Assembly: GCA_002269645.1 (NCBI GenBank)
Contig: NIVC01001899.1
Coordinates: 62,001-126,000 of the forward strand
Direction of reading: 5' to 3'
Source: Macrostomum lignano
Taxonomy: Eukaryota
DNA: 64,000 bases
Part shown: piece after piece, positions 27,701 through 37,573 of the stretch
Position numbering within the stretch: the stretch's first letter is position 1
Layout of the letters: each line of letters begins with the position of its first letter
Translations under genes and position numbers: made by a program
Notes under the pieces: model-generated
What the model saw: the letters and a program-made list of their open reading frames with translations, nothing else
Told to the model about the DNA's origin: nothing
Databases searched by the model: none

Positions 27701-29715
27701 AACAAATCTGAGCAGCATGTCGCTACAAACCTGGTCAAGAGCGGCTGATAGCAGGTTCAACGTTGAACCTGCGTTGCGTAGCTTCACGTTGAACCAACTT
27801 CTCAAAGTTTTTGAGCAGTTAGTGACATTTATTAGTGTATTTCAAAAATAGTTGTGCAATTGAGCAGAAAAATAAAAATAGTGCAAAATACTAAAATAGT
27901 GCAGGTGTGGTCACCATGATGCCAGTTAACGGGTATTTTATCGGGCAATTCTATGCCAGTTAACAGATATTTTATCGGGTAATTCTATGCCAGTTAACAG
28001 ATATTTTATCGGGTAATTCTATGCCAGTTAACAGATATTTTATCGGGTAATTCTATGCCAGTTAACAGATATTTTATCGGGTAATTCTATGCCAGTTAAC
28101 AGATATTTTATCGGGTAATTCTATGCCAGTTAACAGATATTTTATCGGGTAATTCTATGCCAGTTAACAGATATTTTATCGGGTAATTCTATGCCAGTTA
28201 ACAGATATTTTATCGGGTAATTCTATGCCAGTTAACGGGTATTTTATCGGGCAATTCTATGCCAGTTAACGGGTATTTTATCGGGTAATGCAATGGCAGT
28301 AAAAGGGTATTTTATCGGACAACTCTATGGCAGTTAAAGGGTATTTTATCGGGTAATGCTATGACTGTTAAAAGGTTGATTTTGTTATGCCATTTCTTCG
28401 TCAACACGATGCCATTCAGCCATAAAAGTACTTCAGGTTAAGCTTACCTTGCTAGCAGACCTGCGCAAGCAATTCCTCAGAGCTTCCTCGATATCCCACC
28501 AATCCGACCCGGCCTTGCGCCTGGCAGCTTCGTCGCTATAATTGGCATACGCTGGCAGGCGGCTCCTGATTGGTCGGAGCTGATAAACAGGCGGTTGAGC
28601 GTTCTCGTCTAGCCGGTACCAGTCGGCCAGGATCTCGGCATGTTGAGCGGCAAATTTTCTAGCAAACTCCAACAGTATGTCGAATTCCGACTGCTCGATA
28701 CTGGGCGGCACAGGCTGGTAGCCGTATCGGTTGCCTAGCAACGCGACAAAGAACGGGCCAACGGATCGACGCTCGCAGCGTTCGATTTCGCTAAGGCAGA
28801 GCGACTCAACAACGTGGTCGCTTTTAGCGGCGTCCGTGACGCCCCAGCGCATGTCGCAGACGCGAAACTCCAAGCCCAGAGTGGCGCAGTAGGATTTCAA
28901 TTCGGAGAACGCGTGCTCCGTTAGATAGTTGCGCTCGGCGCGGAAGTCTGCGGGTGAAAGGACATGCAGGTGGAAGGACATGCAGGTGGAAGGACATGTA
29001 GGTGGAAGGACATGCAGGTGGAAGGACATGCAGGTGGAACATACATGCGCAACAGTCGGCCGATCCGGCCGACTGATTTGGCAGCCAACCATGGAAGTCG
29101 CAAAAATGCCCACCCAAAAGACACCAAGTAGTAGTACTAAGTAGCTGACGAGGCATTTTTGCCTGATAAGACAGTCATAGTTACTCCCGCCGTTTACCCA
29201 AAGTTGCGTTAATTTTGCTTTAGGGTTTTTTTACGAGTACATGTAAGTCGCATTTTTGGCCTAAAACTAAGTCGCACGGCCGACCGAATTTTGGAAGTTG
29301 CGCATGTATGAGGTGGAAGGACATGCAAGTGGAAAGACATGCAAGTGGAAGGACATGCAGGTGGAAGGACATGCAAGTGGATGGACATGCAAGTTCAAGG
29401 ACATGCAAGTGGAAGGACATTGAAGTTATGGTATATCAACTTTTTAACTAAGAGCCTTAACTTTTGAAATTCAGACAAGGCCTAAAAAACGAATATTGCA
29501 AATTGAAAAAACCAACCTGAGAATGTGGAGCTCAGAAACAGCCGGACCTGATTAGACCGCTGCTTGGGCGCATTGTCTGGCCGTCCAAGGCACCATTCGG
29601 CCAGTTGAGTTTCAGACGCATCCGCGTCAGCAGCTTGCAATCTCAACTGCTGAAGTTGAGCCGCTGCTGCCGAGGCTCGATTTGCTTCAGGCTGCGAAAA
29701 TTGCTTCACATTCAT
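13237..29715 (-). CDS. NACHT and WD40 repeat protein (NWD1/NWD2-like; DUF4062-NACHT-WD40 STAND ATPase), ~1936 aa, 14 exons
   Basis: Exons (minus strand): 29715-29517, 28947-28448, 26083-25906, 24547-24099, 23754-23523, 22248-21829, 21517-21172, 19953-19617, 18538-17917, 17476-17049, 16672-16116, 15891-15471, 14720-14118, 13755-13237. All junctions are GT-AG with matching phases (5811 nt). Motifs: VRLFLSSTFSD..ERNYL..DMRWG (DUF4062), FCGRE..APSGHGKT (Walker A), LLLLLDSLDQ (Walker B), GLSELELEDALS, WYHRLFREAA, and C-terminal WD-like repeats. An additional upstream exon cannot be excluded. Confidence 0.88.
13815..13945. repeat. (TCTG)n microsatellite, intronic
   Basis: Directly visible. Confidence 0.95.
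14995..15410. repeat. 30-bp intronic minisatellite (aactccacaactatgatccccaaacatgag)n
   Basis: Period 30. Confidence 0.92.
16845..17035. repeat. (CAGA)n microsatellite, intronic
   Basis: Directly visible. Confidence 0.95.
17630..17760. repeat. 21-bp intronic minisatellite (gcaacaggcctggagggcata)n
   Basis: About 6 units. Confidence 0.88.
18960..19500. repeat. 20-bp intronic minisatellite (gcggcgctaaaatctcacct)n with a higher-order variant pattern
   Basis: Tandem units; a block of variant units recurs about 120 bp apart. Confidence 0.92.
20022..21140. repeat. 30/33-bp intronic minisatellite (gaatgggttgagaatt[att]gagatctctcaaaccctgagaactca)n
   Basis: Tandem units; explains the 407-aa and 413-aa repeat ORFs. 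Confidence 0.95.
21625..21805. repeat. (CAGA/CAGG)n microsatellite, intronic
   Basis: Directly visible. Confidence 0.95.
22330..22930. repeat. 15-bp-based intronic minisatellite (tattgggattcctgt / tattgggatacctgg)n
   Basis: Directly visible, degenerate at both edges. Confidence 0.88.
24620..25205. repeat. 28-bp intronic minisatellite (ggatctgggaggctggcccagcaactga)n
   Basis: Period 28. Confidence 0.95.
25206..25880. repeat. 30-bp intronic minisatellite (tctgggattagagaaggcccagtctcagga)n
   Basis: Period 30; abuts the 28-bp array and shares ggatctggga and ggcccag with it. Confidence 0.95.
26150..28360. repeat. 34-bp intronic minisatellite (tatgccagttaacgggtattttatcgggcaattc)n, interrupted by a hAT element
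   Basis: Array at ~26150-26459 resumes at 27919-~28360. Confidence 0.92.
26460..27918 (-). mobile_element. Internally deleted hAT DNA transposon (C-terminal transposase relic)
   Basis: Imperfect TIRs (cagtgtgaccaca / catggtgaccaca). 8-bp TSD atgccagt at 26452-26459 and 27919-27926. Minus-strand relic LPHRNADSERVIKWIANNVTKQRNQL..TLD resembles the hAT dimerisation domain. The frame is broken. Confidence 0.82.
28965..29420. repeat. 16-bp repeats (catgcaggtggaagga)n in two short clusters (~28965-29040 and ~29310-29420) in NWD-like intron 1
   Basis: Directly visible. Confidence 0.85.
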
Positions 29716-30468
29716 GACTGGCCTTCAGTGATCAAAGAGCAGTTTGCCGTCCTATGCAATTATAATGCTTCATCTGCACTGATTGATGGGTCATGAATTA
29801 GATTTAAACAATAAAAATTATACTACTGCTATGAGATTATTTGCTGAGAATCAGCTTTTACTTTACTGAGTAAACTCCTAAGTACTTCATTTTTACTTTA
29901 TCTGTGTCAGGGAAAATGTCGAGATGTCAAGGCTCATGGGGCATTGCTGAAATGCTATGGCTTGTGAGGGTTGCTTGGATGCTTTCAAACCAAAGCTCAT
30001 ATGGGATGCTGATATCTTAGGCTAGATAGTTGGCTTTCAGGGCTGATGGTTTTTGTTTTAAACATCATTTTTTATTGAGATTATATCACATAATAAATAA
30101 TTCAGTCTTGAGTAATTTATACACTTATTGGTCTAATAGAGTGTAAGACCACATTGAATCTCTATTATATCTACTCTCTACTATTAATTGGCAACTTAAT
30201 AGCTATTGATATATTAATTATGTTTTATCAATCATATTCATAAATACTAATACAAGAATAATAGATTTGAAACTAATAACCTTTACCCATAATACAAAAA
30301 AACTTTAATCTTTTTCAGTTTTTATGCCAGTTTTTTCCCTATCATTATATCTATAAAATCTGTAGTAGACCATAGTTTAGGGGCAGAAAATAATTATAGC
30401 AGAGGTAAACCGCGAGTTTTGGGCTTCTTTACTAATACAGAGCAGTTCTCAGAAAAAGAAAAATCCCG

Positions 30469-31825
30469 AACTCAAAAACTAAATATAAAATATTAGTGTA
30501 AGAGCCCTAGTTAGGGGCTAAAGTGCTCATATATATCAAAGAAAGAAAGAAAAAAGGAAAAGAAAAAGATTGTCTCTGACTGTTTTTACCCTGGCTGCCT
30601 CTCTAGTGGCTTGTCTAAGGGTTGTGCACAATCCGATTAGCCTGGCTTTGGCTAGCCCAATTTCTAAGGGTCCACCCTGGAGGGGCTGTGCCCATTCTAA
30701 AAATAACACCTCTTCTTTTTTGGGCATTCCAATTATTTGGCCCTTGGCCTTGGTTTAGAGGGTGTACCTGGAGTGAGTGTGTACTCTAGACTGCAATGTG
30801 GCTAGAATGGGACTTGAGCCCCCTGGTCGTACCTGCCCTGTAGGAAAGAATGACCATTCACAAAGGTGTATGGTAGAGCCCAGTTGATGCCAGCCCTGAG
30901 GCTGTGCCCCGGGAAGCAGGGTCCCTCTACCTGCTAATAGGGTTCAGGTGCTTCTCTGTCCTGTTTTTACCCCATTACTATATTTTTTTATTAATATAAG
31001 GCCTTAGATTGCTGCTCTAATTCTTTGGAGTTATGAGCTCTGCCCTCCTGCCCAGTCCATCCTATGCTGTCCTTGGTCTATCTGCTGGCTCCTCTAGCTG
31101 TCTCCCTGCCTAAGTGTTTCTGGCTTTCATCCTGACAGTGGATTGGTGTCCTAGGGAATGAGTTCATCCGATTTGGGGACACCGGCTGAGTCTGGGTCCT
31201 CTTGCCCCTTGTGCCCCTTCCCAACCCCTTGGCCTAGCCTCCAATATTGAGCTAGATAGGCGATACCCTTAGGTTTGTAGCCAGTAGATGGTCTTCCTAC
31301 TTGGAGTCTCACCCTTTGGAAATAAGCCTTCCAGACTCACTCTAATAATTAAGCCATTTCTGTAGACTTTGGGGTTTCCCTGCTCTTGAACTGCTTTTAG
31401 TAGTAACCCAAGCTTTTTTGAAAATTCCAATTTTTTCTGCACACTCCCGAGGACTTGTTTGCTAGGTGGTGGCCTGGGTGGACTCAGTCCTAGCACAATC
31501 CCTGATTCCACTTCTTGGGTTGACAGTGTCTTGTACCGTAGGTTTGGGCTAGTAGCACCAATTTACTAGGCTCTCACCAGAGTCCTGAGCTCTGGTCCCA
31601 ATTTGTAGCCTCTCAGGCTACATGCCACTGGTAGTATGGCCCTTTCAGATCCCTGCAGTAGAGCCCCCTTTTGGGTTGATCTGCGGTAAGCCCCTGGCTT
31701 TCCACTCCCATTTAACAACAAACTCAAAAACTAAATACAAAATATTAGTGTAAGAGCCCTAGTTAGGGGCTAAAGTGCTTATACATATCAAAGAAAGAAA
31801 GAAAAAAGGAAAAAGAAAAAGATTG
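30469..31825. repeat. Pair of 104/105-bp direct repeats (30469-30572, 31721-31825) bracketing a 1.15-kb GC-richer segment
   Basis: The copies differ by 3 C/T substitutions and one A indel. Confidence 0.85.
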
Positions 31826-34132
31826 CTAATTGGACTATTGCATTTTCTTAAACATATACTTTTACAAATACTCAATTCAAAAAAAGTTGTGCAAGAGCCC
31901 ACTCAAAGGCTGACATGCAAGGCCCATATTATTAAGCCCCTACATATTAAAGAAATAAAAAAAGAAAAGAAAAAGAGAACATCTATGCTGCATTCTGCAG
32001 CTCAACCTTAGAAACTTTTAAAGTAAAGGGGATAATAAGGGGATAGGAAAATAAGAATTAGAATTTGCACTAAAGAGGAGTCTTGCCTCTAAAATTGAAA
32101 GTTGTGCCCAAGCACTTAGAAAAAAGGGAATTAATGTCAAAGATTATATTTGGTACAAAAACATTTTCTTTATAACAATTATTTTGTTAGACTAAAATAT
32201 TATATTGGTGTTTTGACTCAATTCTTTAATTACAAACATGCAATGATTCGGGAATATCAAGAGCCTAATGGCAGCAACCTACGAAACTCAAGATAGGCCT
32301 AGTTATAATCCACTAAGCATAATAATAATAAACTAGTAGCCTAGACTGCGAGGATACATGTGTCCAAATCTATCATAATCAGTTTATTAAGAAACCATTG
32401 CTAGTGCCTAATGGTAATGCTATGCAAAAAATGGGATAAATATGCATCAAGGTATTTATTTATACTAGCCACTAGGCTACTTACTTGCTTTATTTAGTAG
32501 GCCTAGATAAATATAGGTCAGGCTATGTACAATAAAAGCTAAAGCCAAAGTTTAAGGGAATGATTATAATGTAATATAATTCCATTATAACATCTATCTC
32601 TCTAATTACTCTCCCTAATTAATCTTACTAAGTAGACTTAGGCTTATTATTATTTATTTAGATATTTAGAGCTGTGGCCATCTTAGTAAGTAGCTATCTT
32701 GGTCATATGCCATCCTATCTCTAGCAAATAAAGCAAATGAAAATAAAATTCCTGCTGGTAGACTTAGGATTAAAAATTGTACTATTGTTCAGACTAAGAG
32801 TAAGACAATGATAAGAATTGGTAGGTCTAGGCAAATTGCTATATAAGCTAATGTCTACTATTGGCTAGGCCTATGGCACTATGCAAAGGAATAAGTTATA
32901 TAGATAACTTTTTGTCATCAGCATGGGACTAGTGACTAGCCTATGGTATAAGATGTGACTTTTTCATATCTTTCAATTTTCTGGATAGTCTAGACTAGTT
33001 AGGCCCTACCTAAGGCTAAAGTGAAAGGTGCTAGTATGTAGCATTAATTTAATTTTCAATAAGCCTAGGTTCTTTAGGGCCTACTGTTTTGCATTTTAAT
33101 TTTTTTTAATATTTAATATTTCAATTTATTAGGCCTAGCCCCTACAGCCCTACCTAGGCACTGTAACCTGCCTAGAAGGCTAGAACTAATTTCATTATCA
33201 AATAAAGATTATATAGGTCTAAGAAATATACAGATTAGCATATTTTCATTCTTGCATAGGCTTATGTCCCTAGGTGATGTATAAGTAGGCTTGGTAGCTA
33301 GCTAGCTAAGTCAAATAGCTACAGAAGGCCCCAAGGTCAGGGGCTATGGTCTATGGCTAAATGGTAGAAGTGATTCGTGAAAATAAGCTATTGATCTACC
33401 TTGCATTTTAAGTTTACCCATCACTCAGAAAATTGTAATCTATATTTCATCCTATTACGAATTGCTTAACACTGGTCACTGGCTTAAAATTTTACTCTCG
33501 AGTCTCGTCACCCACTCTAATGCATTTTTAAAATTCATATTCAATTTTTATTCCATACAAACTGTTTAAATTGACTATTATTTACCAGATTAAAGGCAGA
33601 CAGTAGATTAACAAAAGGGAGCTAATTAGCTTGTTTTTTTCGTTAGCATAACTTTAACTAAATAATTTTGTTTGAACTTTTGTCTAGGCCCGCTCTTTTA
33701 TAAAACTTTTTGTTTTTATGAGGTACATAATTGATAAAGCGGTAATTCAATTCTTGACCAACGTTAACAAGTTTCGTATAAAGAGTTTTAGTGTTTCAAT
33801 TTCAACCATAATTGTCAAAGGCAAATTTTCCTGAAGTGGTTTCTACTGGCTACTACTACTAATAATTTTTTTAAAATCATAAAATTTTACTAGATTTTTT
33901 ATCGAGCGTATGTCACATATTAAATAATTCAGCCTCGAGTAATTTATACACATATTGGTCTAACTCTAATAGAGTGGATGACCATGACCAAGATGGCCAC
34001 ATTGAATCTCTAAACTCTAATCTCTATTATATCTACTCTCTCTCTAATATTAATTTAGAGCTGTGCCATCTTGGTCATGTGCTATCTATTATTATGACAA
34101 TATAGAATATAGACTTTGGCCTTTATCTTTGT

Positions 34133-34842
34133 TTTTTTATTCAATAAACTTAATATTAGAGCCTAGTTAGGGCTATTATTTATTAGGCTAGCAAAATTGC
34201 ATTGCATACCAAGTCTTCTAATTGTATGCCAAGTCTAAATGTTAAGCCTAAAGCCTAAGCATTTTGGTATTGACTCTAGTGACATTTTGAAAGCTATTCC
34301 TATTTTTTAATATTTTTTCTATTTCATTTTTTGAACCTCATATTTGCTTTATAAATGCTTTATGCTTTTGCTTTATGCTTCATTTGCTTTATGAAGTAAA
34401 AACTAGGCTTTTCATATTAGCCTAGCTTCATTTCTAGAACCAAAATTGGTTCAAAGCTTTTCATATTGTTTGTTCCATTTTCAGAATTTTTTATTCAATA
34501 AACTTAATATTAGAGCCTAGTTAGGGCTATTATTTATTAGGCTAGCAAAATTGCATTGCATACCAAGTCTTCTAATTGTATGCCAAGTCTAAATGTTAAG
34601 CCTAAAGCCTAAGCATTTTGGTATTGACTCTAGTGACATTTTGAAAGCTATTCCTATTTTTTAATATTTTTTCTATTTCATTTTTTGAACCTCATATTTG
34701 CTTTATAAATGCTTTATGCTTTTGCTTTATGCTTCATTTGCTTTATGAAGTAAAAACTAGGCTTTTCATATTAGCCTAGCTTCATTTCTAGAACCAAAAT
34801 TGGTTCAAAGCTTTTCATATTGTTTGTTCCATTTTCAGAATT
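34133..34842. repeat. Perfect 354-bp tandem duplication
   Basis: 34133-34486 is repeated at 34487-34840 with no difference found by eye. Confidence 0.9.
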
Positions 34843-36884
34843 GGTTCTAGAACTGTGTTCTAGTTCTGGAATTTAGATTGAGAAATTTTCTTAATCCATT
34901 GTCATGTTTATACTTTAACAGTAAAATAAATTTAAAATAGTCAATTTTAGTCAATTATGTAATTATTCAATTTTTTGTCATATCCAAAGGGAAACAAAGT
35001 CAAGAAAAAACAAAATTAAATTACAAAGACTGACAAACAAAATTGATTCAAAGCTTTTCATTTTCCTACTGATTTTGGTTCTAGAATCTAAATTATTCTG
35101 GTTCTGGAACCAATCTTTGTGAAAAGCCTAAAGGATAGGCCTACCTTAATTTTGAAAATTAGTCAAAAAAAATAAAAAGTTTTAAAACTTTTTATACCTT
35201 TGGTTTTAATGTTCAACATTTTTATAATGCATTTTGACTATTAAATGCTATTGTAATAGGCTCCATTTCTTTTTATTATTTAAATGCATAACCCATTTTG
35301 AATGCTTGCCAAATCTAAGAAACATTTTTATTATACAAGCATATGTTTCATAATATTTTGCAAACTAATTTTTGTTTAAAACTATTGGTAAATTTAGTAT
35401 AAACAGATGTAAATTTAGTGGAAGAAAAGACAACCTTGCCCATTGTGGTTTGATAAGAAAGAAAGAAGTTAACAATGAATAAGAAAAGTTCCAAGTAAAT
35501 ATAATTGATGATAGTTTTTCTGAGTTAATTCATTTTTTATCAAAGTGAAGTAGAAGGACAATATACCATATATGCTATTGGGAAATTAAGGAGGAATATG
35601 AAGTAGATCCTAGCAGCACATATAGAGTACTGGAGGCCGTGACCCTCTGATCCCAGAAATGCTCAGGATTGTTGAACAAGGAAGTCTCTAGCAAATTTTG
35701 AATGCTCTTGTTTTACATGTTTACTGCCATTGTATTTACAATATGGGATAGTGTTATCATACTACTTTTGATCAAATAGTTTTGGTCCATAAAGAATAAC
35801 TGCATTCAGATTCTTGTAATGACCAAGGTGATAGATGTAGTCTCCACTATCTTTATTGCTCTGTTCTTTGGCTTATTTTTATACTAGATGATGTACGAGC
35901 TACATTGAATCTTGGAGTCCATTTGAAGACTTTGTCATGATAGTATACATTGCTTTACATGGCATCTTGCCATTCATGCTGCTGCTGTCTTTGGGTCTTA
36001 TATACCAAAGCAGCAAAAGTGCCAAAGTGCTATAAGAGAATTGAAATCAATGGGCAGTCAGTGGTGCATTGTGTTTTACCCTGAGCCTGGCACAGTAAGT
36101 GCCAGGGTTAACTAAACTAGCCTTTGATTAGCCAGAAGCCATCTGCTGGAATAGCCCTGCCTTTGATTGGTCAGGAGCCATCTGCCAGTAAAACCCCATT
36201 GGTGCCTCTATTTGATCAAGAGCCATCTGCCAGTAAAACCCTATCAAATTTGGAGCCTCCAATTGGTCAAGGGCTACCTTGCTATGATGAGGCTATATCT
36301 ATGTAAATTGTATAAACTTCGTTTTGATACCCACATTCAACTTGGCATGAATATATTTTATTTTGCAAAGAATTTAATATAAGGCCAGTTAATGCTTGAG
36401 GTAGATTGTGGGAGTAACTATTGCTTTGCTTAGATAGTGCAATGCATCGTCAGCTAACTACATGTGAAGCCTAGCCTTGTGGTTAGAACAGTCATTGCAT
36501 TGCTAAAATCTGCTTGCAAATTTAATTCTAGCTATATTGCATCCAGTCAATGATATTAACAGATTAAATTATTTAGAATTACTTTGCATTATCAATGCTT
36601 AGTTTTTCATGATTTTAATTATAGAAAACATTTATTGTTATTCTCAATTTGCAAAGCAGCTTCTATTAATAAATTGCTTGCTGGTACAATACACTTTTAT
36701 AGTTATTTGCATTGCCACTTCGAAAATGTACTATACTGGTATCTATTGCTGCTTGTTGTTGCTTCAATATATCCTTTATGCTTCTGAAAGTTTTTTTCTG
36801 TTATTATCTCTTCTACTGTTTTCATTATCATGTCAGTGCTTGCTGAAGCATTATTTCACTAAAAAAGCCCCAAGAGGCTATCAA

Positions 36885-37450
36885 CCAAAAAATTCCTACT
36901 CAGCCAACTGAGCAATTCCCCCTGAGCCATCAACCAACTGAGCAATTCCCCCTGAGCCATCACCCAACTGGGCAATTCCCCCTGAGCCATCAACCAACTG
37001 AGCAATTCCCCCTGATCTATCAGCCAACTGGGCAGTTCCCCCTGAGCCATCAGCCAACTGAGCAATTCCCCTGAGCCATCAGCCAACTGAGCAATTCCCC
37101 TGAGCCATCAGCCAACTGAGCAATTCCCCTGAGCCATCAGCCAACTGAGCAATTCCCCTGAGCCATCAGCCAATTGAACGATTCCCCCTGAGCCATCAGC
37201 CAACTGAGCAATTCCCCTGAGCCATCAGCCAATTGAACGATTCCCCCTGAGCCATCAGCCAACTGAGCAATTCCCCTGAGCCATCAGCCAACTGAGCGAT
37301 TCCCCCTGAGCCATCAGCCAACTGAGCAATTCCCCTGAGCCATCAGCCAATTGAGCGATTCCCCCTGAGCCATCAGCCAACTGAGCGATTCCCCCTGAGA
37401 CATCAGCCAACTGAGCAATTCCCCCTGAGCAATCAACCAACTGAGCAATT
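36885..37450. repeat. 29/30-bp minisatellite (cagccaactgagcaattccc[c]ctgagccat)n
   Basis: About 19 units, just upstream of the first recognisable GRHPR exon. Confidence 0.95.
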
Positions 37451-37573
37451 CTCCCCACGATTTCAACCGTCCTACACGCATTTCCTACCCAGCCCCTAAT
37501 TTCCCCGAGACTCAATAGCCTATAGCAGAACAACAGCAGCCGGAAGGCCTAATGCTGGCTTGTATGTTTGCAG

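Noticed and set aside
36050-36100. ATG..ACA|gtaagt that would splice in frame to GRHPR (MGSQWCIVFYPEPGT)
   Set aside because: Phase-compatible, but the peptide does not resemble GRHPR N-termini and lies in the decayed CpG-poor block; needs transcript evidence.
35440-36110. Coding-like minus-strand stretch with scattered stops
   Set aside because: I could not assign it to any protein family; covered only as part of the CpG desert.
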